Origin: Nanobdellota archaeon
Lineage (GTDB): Archaea > Nanobdellota > Nanobdellia > Pacearchaeales > GW2011-AR1
DNA: 63,048 nt
Reading direction: 5' to 3'
NCBI GenBank assembly: GCA_018817405.1
Contig: JAHITZ010000042.1
Span: 1 to 63,048 of the forward strand
Numbering within the stretch: position 1 is the first letter of the stretch; every line of letters starts with the position of its first letter. The notes beneath the pieces are model-generated. The model did not search any database and was not told the origin of the DNA. It was given only the letters and a program-made list of their open reading frames with translations. Of this stretch, positions 27,021-36,558 are shown in pieces. The position numbers and the translations under genes are program-made.

Positions 27021-28005
27021 TCTCTAGACCTCCTGCTTTTGCATAAACATTGTTTAGATAATTTGTTGCAGCAGTTGGTTCGTTAATCTTGAAGTTGTCA
27101 GCTGCAGTTGAAACTGCAGACTTATATTGGTTAAGAGGGTTTTGTAATATTGGAGAGCAGCCAATATTTTTTCTTTTTTCAAGGTATATGTCTGCAAGTT
27201 GCTCTGCATGTGCCATTAATCTTTTTACCTGGCATTCGTAAATTTCAGGGTCTGAAAATATTGCAGCATACATTAAAGTGAATTCGTTAGTGCCTGAACT
27301 AAAAGATTCAATGTATGGGAGTGTTTTGCCTTCTTTTGTTACTGTACCTTTGTTGTTAAAAGTATCTATATCTACTCTGATAGTACATGAAGAACCGAAA
27401 CAAACTTTTTTCGCTTCTGGAGGGCAAGATGCAGGAGGGCTTAAAATTATGTTGGCCATATTTAAGTCCATTAGTTCGTTTGTTATGTAATCAGGGAAGC
27501 CAACAAAACAATATTTTTCTTGGTCAGGCCAAAGCATGAGCAGGTCTGCGACTTTAAATGGCAGGTTAAAAGGTTTTGATAAAACGTAGAACTCTTCTTT
27601 TCCATGCAGTGATTGATTTGAAAACAAGTATTTATTGTGGAATGTGCTTTTAACTCCTTGTTCATTTTTTACATCCCATTTACCTCCGATGGAGGATTTT
27701 ATAGAAGTGCTTATGTGCTGTGAACCGAAGGGGTTTCCAAGTGACTGCGGGGGATCGCATCCATTAAAGAGCATTGTTTCGTCTGGAACAAGAATAGTTG
27801 CAAACTTTTCTGCTTCAAGTTCTGTTTCTATTGGAGTTAATAAAACTCCTATTTTTTTTCCTCTTACTGATTCTCTTTCTAATTGTTTCATACCAACAAT
27901 TTGCGTGGCAATATAAACAGCGAGAAAGATAACTACTGCTCCGATAAAGATGGTGAATATCCAGGCAAAGCCGAATTCATAGCCTTTTTTAGAACCTCTT
28001 TTCAT
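26989..28005 (-). CDS. Type IV pilin-like protein, large (class III signal peptide)
   Basis: Start reassigned to ATG 28005: MKRGSKKG|YEFGFAWIF plus hydrophobic helix. Confidence 0.8.
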   Translation of the reverse strand: MKRGSKKGYEFGFAWIFTIFIGAVVIFLAVYIATQIVGMKQLERESVRGKKIGVLLTPIETELEAEKFATILVPDETMLFNGCDPPQSLGNPFGSQHISTSIKSSIGGKWDVKNEQGVKSTFHNKYLFSNQSLHGKEEFYVLSKPFNLPFKVADLLMLWPDQEKYCFVGFPDYITNELMDLNMANIILSPPASCPPEAKKVCFGSSCTIRVDIDTFNNKGTVTKEGKTLPYIESFSSGTNEFTLMYAAIFSDPEIYECQVKRLMAHAEQLADIYLEKRKNIGCSPILQNPLNQYKSAVSTAADNFKINEPTAATNYLNNVYAKAGGLEIANNVQCNMF

Positions 28006-28127
28006 AAAGTAAAAAGAAGAAGAGATATTATAAAGATTTCCGAAGTGGTGATAATTCAATTTTGTTAGTTGTTATAAAAATAAACTAAATATTATTAGTG
28101 TGCGGGTGGATTAGATGTTGACTATAA

Positions 28128-28688
28128 TTAAGTCCAGCTGTCGCTCACTTTGACAAGGGCTTCTGTATCTCCTTTTCTGAGAAAAACGCTGACTTTTCCT
28201 TTTACCACATTAACGCAGAAGAATCGGTCAGATGTTGTCATGCATTCTGATTTTCCTTCTCTGCATCTTAGATTGAAAGTGGCAAGTGATTTATCACACG
28301 CTTCTTCTGGAGGATAGAGGAAGATGTTTTTGTTTTCTGATGGATTAAATAAGTAGTTGGTTAGGAGTTCGTTGTTGACTGCTGGATCGTCAATGAATGA
28401 AGAATCTAATCTTCCGAAACAAACTTTTTTAATTTTTGTTCCTAACAAACCTGATTGAGGAAGGCTTCCATTGAAAGCATCGCCATAAATTCCAGATGTC
28501 CATGCTTTTTCTACTTCTCTTTGTAAGTTATTATAAAAGAATCCCACTTGTGTGCATTTGTTTAAACTAAGGAAATGGTTTATTGCGAAAAAGGCGACTG
28601 CGATTATTAACGCGATGATGAATATTGAAAAAATCGCTCCGAAAGACAGACCGAATATGCCTTGTGCTTTTCTGTTGAGTCTTTTCAT
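28128..28688 (-). CDS. Type IV pilin-like protein (class III signal peptide)
   Basis: NRKAQ|GIFGLSFGAIFSIFII motif. Confidence 0.8.
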   Translation of the reverse strand: MKRLNRKAQGIFGLSFGAIFSIFIIALIIAVAFFAINHFLSLNKCTQVGFFYNNLQREVEKAWTSGIYGDAFNGSLPQSGLLGTKIKKVCFGRLDSSFIDDPAVNNELLTNYLFNPSENKNIFLYPPEEACDKSLATFNLRCREGKSECMTTSDRFFCVNVVKGKVSVFLRKGDTEALVKVSDSWT

Positions 28689-28957
28689 TTTTTAAGCCCC
28701 TTTAAAGTCCCGGAAACTTTGATTACTTTAATTTTGTTTGGCGAGAGTTCAAAAGCAGCCCTGATTTCATTTAAAGATTTTCTCTCAATTGCCAAGATAA
28801 TTTTGTTTTCTTTTTTGACAAAATGCGGGGCTGCCCTTGCCCAGCCTAAAATTCCGATGTAATCCAAGATAGTGTTTTCAATTTCCTTTTTGGAGTTTGC
28901 TTCTAACAAGAGATAACGTCTTTTTATTTTTGCAGAGGGTTTTGTTTTTAGTTTCAT
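28685..28957 (-). CDS. rnp2: RNase P protein Pop5/Rpp14 family
   Basis: KPSAKIKRRYLL N-terminus and VIKVSGTLKGL C-terminus. Confidence 0.85.
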   Translation of the reverse strand: MKLKTKPSAKIKRRYLLLEANSKKEIENTILDYIGILGWARAAPHFVKKENKIILAIERKSLNEIRAAFELSPNKIKVIKVSGTLKGLKK

Positions 28958-29137
28958 TTAATTGAGAAGGGAATTACCTTTATAAAATTGTTTAATTTGT
29001 AATTGCTCACTGCGTTCGCGTGATTAATGTCAATCTATTTTTATTGTGGGGTTGTGTGATATTTTTTATTTCAATTATGAAAGTAAATCATTCTTGCAGT
29101 TTATCTGACGAGAGTGATAATCTTAATGGTCAGGTTC

Positions 29138-30010
29138 CTATGCAATTATCGTGGCATTCGCAAGAATATTTATTCTCTCCTTAATGACTCCGCTTTCAAG
29201 AGAAAAGCCCAGGCTTTCTGCTCCGCCTATTTTGAAATTATTGATTCCCACGACTTCTCCCTGCGTGTCAATTAATGGGCCTCCGGAATTTCCGGGGTTT
29301 AGGGAGACATCTGTCTGGACATATTCAGCAAGGCCGCTTGGGCCCACGCGGTTTAAAGCTGAGATAATTCCTTCTGTTACTGTTAATGTTAAACCTAGGG
29401 GGTTTCCTATTGCAATTACTTTTTTTCCAGCTTGTAAATCAGACGAATCTGCCAGTTCAAGAAAATCGTATTGGCCAGGAATCTTAAGCAATGCAAGGTC
29501 TCTTAGCTCATCTTTTCCGATAAACTGTGCTTGAAAGGAATCTCTGTTGTATGTTACAACTTCAACATTTTCTTCTTTGCCGATTATAATGTGGTAATTT
29601 GTTACAATAAAACCAGAGGAATGGACAATAAAGCCTGTTCCGATTGACCTGTCTGTGCGGATTGTAACAACACTTTTTACTGCATCTTCAATTATTCCTG
29701 AAAAATCGTCTTGTGCTGATTTCAAGAGCTTTATTTCCTGGTCGAAATCTTCTTCTTGTCTTGTTATTGCACCAGATATCTGATTGAAATTTTCTTGGTA
29801 GATGGCATCATAATTCTCAACTATTTCTGTAGTGAATTCTCTTAACTCTGAAGCTGTTCTTTCCATTTCTGCATCAATCTTGACATTTAGTTTTGAAACT
29901 TGCATACTCATTATAACGAAAGAAGTTGTTTGTAAAATTGCAAGAATTATAACTAAACCATAAAGCGCGTTTCTATGTTTCCTGTGGGAATTATGCAGGT
30001 CTTTAATCAT
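29138..30010 (-). CDS. Membrane-anchored trypsin-like serine protease (HtrA-like, no PDZ)
   Basis: Triad TNYH / DLALL / NPGNSGGPL; N-terminal TM plus coiled coil. Confidence 0.93.
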   Translation of the reverse strand: MIKDLHNSHRKHRNALYGLVIILAILQTTSFVIMSMQVSKLNVKIDAEMERTASELREFTTEIVENYDAIYQENFNQISGAITRQEEDFDQEIKLLKSAQDDFSGIIEDAVKSVVTIRTDRSIGTGFIVHSSGFIVTNYHIIIGKEENVEVVTYNRDSFQAQFIGKDELRDLALLKIPGQYDFLELADSSDLQAGKKVIAIGNPLGLTLTVTEGIISALNRVGPSGLAEYVQTDVSLNPGNSGGPLIDTQGEVVGINNFKIGGAESLGFSLESGVIKERINILANATIIA

Positions 30011-30263
30011 AGTTTGTTTTGGAAATGAATGTATATATATTTTGTGTAGAGGATTGTTAGATGTGTTGTCGAGAAGAGATTACATATAGTTTACATTTAA
30101 AATTATCAATCAGTTCTGATTAATTATATATGGGAGCGATTGTGAGGGTATTCTGTTGAGGAAGTTTCCTTACAGAAAAAGGAGTTGTTAGTTTTGTTTG
30201 ATTTTTTATTACCGATATATATAGGAAAATTCTTTTCTTTAGAAGTTAATTATAAAGAAGAAT

Positions 30264-30839
30264 ATGAAAGGAGGTGATAGAATGAATAATAAACAACTTT
30301 GGACGACGATAGTTGTTGCTGTGATTGCGGCTGTTGTGGCTTCGGTTATTACAGTGAGTGTGATGGGTAATGCTATGTTTAGTCCTCCTAACTTGAAGAT
30401 TACATCTGAGGTTAATGCGAATGCTTGTAATGCTGATGGGGTTTGTGAGGTAATCAGTCTCACAGCTTCAGAAGATATTACTGTTGGCGATGCCGCTACT
30501 TTTAAATATGTTAGCGCGGGCGCAATAACTGGGAACCAACTATTTACAGATGATTTTGTTATAAATACAGACGGAAGTCCTGACATGAGATTAATACTTC
30601 TTAATGAGAATGAAGATATTGAACTTCATGCGCGAAATGGTGCTTCGTTGACTGTCGGCGAGGACCCCTATGATGTTGGCCATGGTGCTGTAGTCGTAGA
30701 AGGAGGAAACCTTCTTGTTTATGGAGAACTTGGTGCAACAGGAAAGTTGAATTCACAAGAATATGTTGGGAACAGCACAGCCTATGCATGTATTTCCCTC
30801 TCTGGCGAAATTTTCAGAAGCTCCACACCTTGCGTCTAA
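30264..30839 (+). CDS. Secreted or membrane-anchored hypothetical protein (probable start ATG 30282)
   Basis: GGAGG RBS, N-terminal TM, NANACNADGVCE motif, C-terminal AYAC...GEIFRS..PC. Confidence 0.8.
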   Translation: MKGGDRMNNKQLWTTIVVAVIAAVVASVITVSVMGNAMFSPPNLKITSEVNANACNADGVCEVISLTASEDITVGDAATFKYVSAGAITGNQLFTDDFVINTDGSPDMRLILLNENEDIELHARNGASLTVGEDPYDVGHGAVVVEGGNLLVYGELGATGKLNSQEYVGNSTAYACISLSGEIFRSSTPCV

Positions 30840-30900
30840 ACAATCTTTTTTCTTTTTCTTTTATTTCTGAAAGATATTTAAACTCTATTTTCTTTTTGTT

Positions 30901-32241
30901 TTGATGAAGATACACACAATCGGCGGTTATGACGAAGTTGGGAAGAACATGACTGCACTTGAAATTGGCGAAGATGTTTTGCTTTTTGACTGCGGTTTGT
31001 TTTTGCCTGCTATTGTTGCTGTTGAAGAAAGAGAGAAGATACCGACAGAAAAGGGTATGAGGTCGCTGGGAGCGTTGCCTGATGACCTTTATTTAGAGAA
31101 GAAAAATTTGAGAAAGAAAGTTAGAGCTATTTTAGTTTCGCACGCTCATTTAGACCATGTCGGTGCGATTCCTTATCTTGCTGAGAGATACAATGCAGAT
31201 GTTTTGGGAAGTCCTTTTACAATGGAAGTTTTGAAAATTTTGATGAAGGACAATAATCAAAGAATAAGAAACAAAATTATTCCTGTAAACTTGAATTCTT
31301 CTCGTGTGATAAAGGGCAAGAGCGGAAATTATAAAGTTGAATTTCTTAATATAACTCATTCTACGATTCAGAGCACGGTTATTGCGGTTCATACGCCGGA
31401 AGGCGTGGTCATGTATGTTAATGATTACAAACTAGATAACTCCCCGACGTTTGGAGAAAAGCCAAACTATAAGAGATTTAAAGAATTGTCAAAGCAAGGA
31501 ATTAAAGTATTAATTGCAGATTGTCTTTATGCACCTGATGACAGAAAAACACCTTCTGAAAAAATAGCAAGGGGTTTGTTGGAAGATGTTTTGTTTGGAA
31601 CAGAAAACAGAAACTCTGGAATTATTATTACGACTTTTTCTTCGCACATAGCAAGGTTGAAAACTATAACAGAATTTGGACAGCGGTTGGGAAGGGAGGT
31701 TATTTTCCTTGGGAGAAGTTTAAGCAAATATATGCAGGCTGCGAAAAACGTTGGAAAAGGCGGTTTTGCGAAAAATGTCAAGATTTTCACTTACAGAAGA
31801 CAGCTAGAAAAAGCCCTGCAAAGCGTGAATAAGAATAAAAAAAAGTATCTTGTTGTTTGTACTGGTCATCAGGGAGAGCCAGGAAGTATTTTAGACAGGA
31901 TTGCAAGGAACCAGTTACACTTGCATCTTTCTCAGGACGACCATGTGATTTTTTCTTCGAAGACAATTCCTACTCCTGTAAATGAAGCAAGCTGTGAGCA
32001 GTTGAGAAAGCGTCTTAAAAAATTTCAGGTGAGGATTTTTGATAATGTCCATACCTCGGGGCATGGAGGGCGAGAAGATCTGCGTGATTTGATAAAGCTG
32101 ACAAATCCTCAACATATTATTCCGTCACATGGTGACTTGAAGAAGACAACTGCTGGCGCAGAGTTGGCCCAGGAAATGGGATATAAGTTGAACAAAACTG
32201 TTCATTTGATGCAGGACGGCGGGATGCTGCGGGTTGAATAG
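30901..32241 (+). CDS. rnj: Ribonuclease J (MBL/beta-CASP)
   Basis: GGYDEVGKNMT, SHAHLDHVG, FSSHIAR, CTGHQGEP, HTSGH and IPSHG motifs. Confidence 0.95.
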   Translation: MMKIHTIGGYDEVGKNMTALEIGEDVLLFDCGLFLPAIVAVEEREKIPTEKGMRSLGALPDDLYLEKKNLRKKVRAILVSHAHLDHVGAIPYLAERYNADVLGSPFTMEVLKILMKDNNQRIRNKIIPVNLNSSRVIKGKSGNYKVEFLNITHSTIQSTVIAVHTPEGVVMYVNDYKLDNSPTFGEKPNYKRFKELSKQGIKVLIADCLYAPDDRKTPSEKIARGLLEDVLFGTENRNSGIIITTFSSHIARLKTITEFGQRLGREVIFLGRSLSKYMQAAKNVGKGGFAKNVKIFTYRRQLEKALQSVNKNKKKYLVVCTGHQGEPGSILDRIARNQLHLHLSQDDHVIFSSKTIPTPVNEASCEQLRKRLKKFQVRIFDNVHTSGHGGREDLRDLIKLTNPQHIIPSHGDLKKTTAGAELAQEMGYKLNKTVHLMQDGGMLRVE

Positions 32242-32242
32242 T

Positions 32243-32413
32243 TTTCCCCCTACAATTAGAAAATAAATAGATTTCCTGAAATTCGCTATCCCACGTTCAC
32301 TCGCAGTAAGCTGTAGTGTACTACGCGAATTTCCAACGGAAATCTCTAATTCCCATTTGGCCGATGCAAGCATCGGGGTATTAAACCCAAATGGGAATAA
32401 AATGTAGGGGAAA
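32243..32413. ncRNA. Putative 170-nt multibranch structured RNA or palindromic element
   Basis: Nested inverted repeats TTTCCCC(C)TACA/TGTAGGGGAAA, AGATTTCC/GGAAATCT, GAAATTCGC/GCGAATTTC, ATTCCCATTTGG/CCAAATGGGAAT, CCGATGC/GCATCGG. Confidence 0.6.
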
Positions 32414-32448
32414 GTTATAAATATTTTGAAAAATTTGGATTTCTCGGT

Positions 32449-32556
32449 GTTAATTCAACTTCCCAATTGAACACGAGATTTGAGAATGAATACAAAACAT
32501 ATAACTTCAATCTTGTCCAACCCCTTCCCCATTATTAATAATAAATCTTGTCTTGT
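32449..32556. repeat. Dispersed intergenic repeat, copy 3 of 3
   Basis: Same invariant cores as 7845-7947 and 8834-8936. Confidence 0.85.
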
Positions 32557-32642
32557 GTGTTTACCAAGCATAACATGATGTTCAGTTAAAGGGTTTGCTT
32601 TACACTCTGAAAACCTATTTAAACTACTTTTCATTTGTTTAG

Positions 32643-33032
32643 ATGAGTAAAATGCGCGAAGAAATTATTGCAGGGATTAAAAACGCGATGACGCGTGGCC
32701 AGAGTTTAGAGCTGGCTGCTCAGAGTCTTGTTAATGCAGGGTATAATCCGCAAGAGGTGAAGGCAGCTGTGCAAACGATTTCTACAGGAGCGAGTAATAT
32801 TGTTTATTCAAGGTCGAGCGAAAGTGCTGGTTCGAAAGGCAGTGCTCCTCAAGCTCCTGTTGATCCAACCCCTGCCTCTAAAGAGATAGAAAAACCTCCC
32901 CTACCTCAACTCCCTAAAACAGGCATAAAACAAAAAGGAAGTAGAAAAATGGGAATTATTATTTTCATGGTGTTTTTGCTTGTCGTGTTTATTAGTGCTA
33001 TTGGTTATTTGATTTATTATTTGGCGACGTAA
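32643..33032 (+). CDS. Hypothetical protein: N-terminal helical module, Pro-rich linker, C-terminal TM
   Basis: IIAGIKNAMTRGQSLELAAQSLVNAGYNPQEV resembles the module in 5900..6229. Confidence 0.8.
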   Translation: MSKMREEIIAGIKNAMTRGQSLELAAQSLVNAGYNPQEVKAAVQTISTGASNIVYSRSSESAGSKGSAPQAPVDPTPASKEIEKPPLPQLPKTGIKQKGSRKMGIIIFMVFLLVVFISAIGYLIYYLAT

Positions 33033-33039
33033 ATTTAAA

Positions 33040-33200
33040 AAATGAACTACACCGAAGGATAAGATATTAGTTAAAATGTTAAAAAAACCAAAAGCAGAAA
33101 GAGTAAGGCTTATGATTAGTAATTGTGGTTATAATAAATCTAAAAAAATAAATTCTGGGGGGCAATTCCTCGCTCAGCTTCAAAGCTGATGTATCTTTGT
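33040..33200 (+). mobile_element. Degenerate IS200/IS605-like mini-element, copy B
   Basis: Shares AATGAAC, AAAATGTTAA and CAATTCCTCGCTC-hairpin-GTATCYTTG, in the same order, with 5613-5857. Confidence 0.55.
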
Positions 33201-33201
33201 T

Positions 33202-33933
33202 GTGCGTAAAATGAAACCTAAAGATTTTTTTAATTTGTTTGGGAAGGGGTTAAAAGATATTTATAAAAATTTTCTTATTTTAGTTCTGTCTATCTTGTTG
33301 GGGTTTATTTTATTTATAATCTCTCAATTTGGTAGTGCTCTTGCTCCTCGCTTGCAGACAACTATCTCCAACGTCATTTGGACCATTGTGGTCGGATTGG
33401 TTTCTCTTGTTTTAGTTTCTTATTTTTTTGCAGGTTTGATTGGCATGGCAAAAAAAACAGTTAAAGGAAAAGCAAAGCGGAAAGATTTTACGTTGAATGC
33501 GAACAAGTTTTGGTTTAAGAATTTTCAGATTGTGTTGATTATGTTGGCGGTGGGAATTTTAATTTGGGGTATTGCACATTATGGTGCGTTTTTTATTGGT
33601 AAAGCTTTTGGTTTGAATCTCAATGCTGCTTTGTTAATTTTTATCTTAATTTACTTTGCAGGTCTTGTAGGGATTTTAATTTTCTTTACATTTTCCAGTT
33701 TTTTTCTTGTTGTTAACGATTTGAATGTTCTGGAGAGTGTGCAGAAATCTATGAAATTTGTCAAGAAGAATTATTTAGGAACATTAAGTTTAAGCGTTGT
33801 CTTTTTTGTGATCTATTTTCTAATTGATTCTATTGAAGGAATTTTAGGGGATGCTTTGATTTATGCTGTTGTTTTACCGTTTGTTGTTTTTGTGATGGTG
33901 AGGTTTGTCTTAACAGCAGGTTTAAAAAAATAA
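33202..33933 (+). CDS. Multi-pass membrane protein
   Basis: About 6 TM segments; probable start ATG 33211. Confidence 0.85.
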   Translation: MRKMKPKDFFNLFGKGLKDIYKNFLILVLSILLGFILFIISQFGSALAPRLQTTISNVIWTIVVGLVSLVLVSYFFAGLIGMAKKTVKGKAKRKDFTLNANKFWFKNFQIVLIMLAVGILIWGIAHYGAFFIGKAFGLNLNAALLIFILIYFAGLVGILIFFTFSSFFLVVNDLNVLESVQKSMKFVKKNYLGTLSLSVVFFVIYFLIDSIEGILGDALIYAVVLPFVVFVMVRFVLTAGLKK

Positions 33934-33949
33934 GATTCTTGACTGGACA

Positions 33950-34804
33950 ATGGGCTTTGTGAATACATTACCATACATCAGCAATCCGATTGAGGAGTTT
34001 GAAGATTACAAGTTTGTGAGTTGGGAGAAAGAGATCTATCCGCAGTTTAAAGGTGAAACGAAAAAAGGAGAGATTGATTTTTTGACTGAATTGATAATGG
34101 AACGCAATTTGCGGAGCGTTATTGACTTCGGTGTCGGAGGGGGTGTTGAATTAAGCGGAATAATTGAAGAATTAGAGAAAAAGAAATATTTATTAAAGAG
34201 TATAGAAGCAAATGAAGTTGATGAGGACTTTATTAAACAAGCTACTAAGCTATTTGATAAGAAAAAGCAAGAGGTTGAAGTTCATAAAGCTAATTGGCTA
34301 GACTTGCCAAACGCAGATCCAGGATATACACATATTTTTGATTTCGGGTTTTTGACAGGAAATTCCTTAACTTATATTGGTGGTGGAACAAGAGGATACA
34401 CAAAAAAAGCGCAACAAGTTGTTGTTAGCAAGTTTGCGGGCTTGATTAAGAAAGGAGGATATTTATTTATTGACTCAAGAAATTATGATTACATAAAATC
34501 GCTAATGAACCTGCCAAAAGAAAAAATATTTGAAAATTTTACTTTTGATTATACAATTTATTACCATGGTTCTGAGAAAAGAATTATTGTTTTTCCTGCG
34601 TATATTAGTGACACAGTTGTTGTATTGCATTATTATGATAAAGAAAACAAAGTATGGAGCAAACTAGATTTTTATCCGATTTATCAGAAAGACATGGTTG
34701 AGATTTTAAGCAGGGATTTTGTTATTGAGAAGAAGTTTCATGATTTTGAGGAAAAAGAGAAGAAGAAAAGTATTTTTGTTCAGTATTTGGCTAGGAAAAA
34801 ATGA
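33950..34804 (+). CDS. Class I SAM-dependent methyltransferase, glycine/sarcosine N-methyltransferase-like
   Basis: VIDFGVGGG motif I, ANWLDL, LTGNSLTY and GGYLFIDSRNYD. Confidence 0.8.
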   Translation: MGFVNTLPYISNPIEEFEDYKFVSWEKEIYPQFKGETKKGEIDFLTELIMERNLRSVIDFGVGGGVELSGIIEELEKKKYLLKSIEANEVDEDFIKQATKLFDKKKQEVEVHKANWLDLPNADPGYTHIFDFGFLTGNSLTYIGGGTRGYTKKAQQVVVSKFAGLIKKGGYLFIDSRNYDYIKSLMNLPKEKIFENFTFDYTIYYHGSEKRIIVFPAYISDTVVVLHYYDKENKVWSKLDFYPIYQKDMVEILSRDFVIEKKFHDFEEKEKKKSIFVQYLARKK

Positions 34805-35355
34805 TCTACGAACCTGCTGAAGATTCTTATTTGTTGGAGAAAGAAGTTAAAGTTCGGGCGAATGGAAAGCGCGTGTTGGATGTTGGAACTGGGAGTGGAA
34901 TTCAGGCAAGGGCTGCCTTGGATTCAGGAGCAAAGGAAGTTCTTGCAGTTGATGTTAATCCTGAAAGTGTTGAACATTGTAAGAAGAAAGAGATTAATGC
35001 TATTCAATCTTATTTGTTTTCTAATATTTCTTCTGGAAAATTTGATTTAATTATTTTTAATCCGCCTTATTTACCTTATGATTCTCTGGAGGATAGGGTG
35101 AGCGCGTTGGCTACTTCTGGGGGGAAGAAAGGGGATGAGATAATTGTTAGGTTTTTGAAAGATGTTGGAGATTATTTGTCAGAAGATGGAATTATCTTGT
35201 TGGTTGTTTCGTCTTTGACGCCTTTGGGAGAGATTGGGAATGTTTTGAAAGAGAAGAATTTTGTTAAGAAAGTTATCGCGAGTGAGAAAGTTTTTATGGA
35301 AGAGTTGTGGGTTTGGAAGATTAGAAAAGATTATAAACTTCAACCTGATATGTAA
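34801..35355 (+). CDS. HemK2/PrmC-like release factor glutamine methyltransferase
   Basis: MIYEPAEDSYLL, VLDVGTGSG and FNPPYLP. Confidence 0.92.
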   Translation: MIYEPAEDSYLLEKEVKVRANGKRVLDVGTGSGIQARAALDSGAKEVLAVDVNPESVEHCKKKEINAIQSYLFSNISSGKFDLIIFNPPYLPYDSLEDRVSALATSGGKKGDEIIVRFLKDVGDYLSEDGIILLVVSSLTPLGEIGNVLKEKNFVKKVIASEKVFMEELWVWKIRKDYKLQPDM

Positions 35356-35358
35356 GGT

Positions 35359-36021
35359 ATGTGGTATTTAAAATTCAAGTTGAGGCATAGAGATTGTATT
35401 TTTGCTCCACTGGTAAAGAAATATAACTTGTCCATAGAATTTTTTCCGTTGAGACATGAAATGAAAGGGAAGAATCTTTATACTTCTGCCTTGCATGTTA
35501 CTAAAGGTGATGAAAAAGATATTAAAAAATATTTGAAAGACTTGAAAAAGAATCCAAGGGTAATTGAAATGGAGGTATCGAAAGAAATTATTTTTACACT
35601 AACTAAGGAAGAAACCGACAAGGAATCTTACGAAGCAATATATAATACGAAAATCCTTTACATCACTCCAGGTTACAATACTCCAGATGGTTACGAAGGT
35701 TGGGAGGTTGCCTCCTGGAGCAGAAAACCTCTAGAAAATCTAATAAAGGTCATGGAAAAGGCAAAGAACGTTACTCATTTTGAAATATTGAGATTTGAAG
35801 AGAAGGGTCTTGGAGAAGTGTATATTCTTCAACTGTTTCCAGATCTCCCAAAAAAGCAGAGGGGGGCTATTGAACTAGCGTATAAGTCTGGATATTACCA
35901 GTTTCCAAAAAAAACTAATTTGGACAAACTGGCTAAGGTGGCTAGAGTATCTAAGCAGACATTTCAAGAAAACTTGAAAAAAGCTGAATCTAGATTAATG
36001 CCTCTTCTTCTTAGAAAATAA
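35359..36021 (+). CDS. HTH-10 (bacterio-opsin activator-type) regulator
   Basis: C-terminal LPKKQRGAIELAYKSGYYQFPKKTNLDKLA...TFQENLKKAE. Confidence 0.9.
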   Translation: MWYLKFKLRHRDCIFAPLVKKYNLSIEFFPLRHEMKGKNLYTSALHVTKGDEKDIKKYLKDLKKNPRVIEMEVSKEIIFTLTKEETDKESYEAIYNTKILYITPGYNTPDGYEGWEVASWSRKPLENLIKVMEKAKNVTHFEILRFEEKGLGEVYILQLFPDLPKKQRGAIELAYKSGYYQFPKKTNLDKLAKVARVSKQTFQENLKKAESRLMPLLLRK

Positions 36022-36066
36022 TTGTAAAACCTGACATATAATGTATAAAATTTATGTAGGGAGATT

Positions 36067-36558
36067 TTGTTTGTTTTCTATGGAAAAAACAGATATGAAG
36101 CAGAGTTACTCGCACGCGCAGAGTACTTAGAAAGGGAGAGGGCTGTAGCAGACGCAACAAGGAGCGAAGTAGTAAAAAGGTTTAGCTCAGAGGTATCTGA
36201 CGGAGATGCTGTAAGAATCAATTTCGAGCGAACCGAAGAAACCAAAAGAGAATATCCTAACATTGATGATTTCGATTTTGTAGGTGTAGTAAAACATAGG
36301 AGAGATAGTGGGGGAATTGGAGATCATTTTTATTATCTTGGGAATTCTAGAGAGGTATCAGAATTTTGTAGAATAGACACAGTTGGAAGAGGTTCAAATC
36401 CACAACGATTTATGAAAGAAGGAGAATATTCTAGAGGAGGACGTAAATCTGCTCCTTTAATTGTTCACAAGATGGTTGACTTTAAAGTGTTGGAAAAATA
36501 CCAGATCCATCAAAAGAGGAAATCTAAACAAATAAATGGATATCAAAATGACAGATGA
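36067..36558 (+). CDS. Hypothetical protein, paralog of the downstream ORF; 5' end possibly frameshifted
   Basis: ATG 36080 is out of frame across an A6 run; aligns with 36536..36892. Confidence 0.6.
   Translation: MFVFYGKNRYEAELLARAEYLERERAVADATRSEVVKRFSSEVSDGDAVRINFERTEETKREYPNIDDFDFVGVVKHRRDSGGIGDHFYYLGNSREVSEFCRIDTVGRGSNPQRFMKEGEYSRGGRKSAPLIVHKMVDFKVLEKYQIHQKRKSKQINGYQNDR

Noticed and set aside
29005-29019. REP-like GCTCACTGCGTTCGC motif, with loosely similar GCGAG motifs near 16388 and 32294
   Set aside because: Too short and degenerate to define a repeat family from this window alone
32243-32413. RNase P RNA or SRP RNA
   Set aside because: No GAGGAAAGUCC-type P4 motif or SRP helix-8 motif seen, and the GC content is low
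7845-32556. CRISPR array or integron attC interpretation of the 3-copy repeat
   Set aside because: The copies are not tandem with unique spacers, no cas or integron integrase gene is present, and attC R-box ends are not evident
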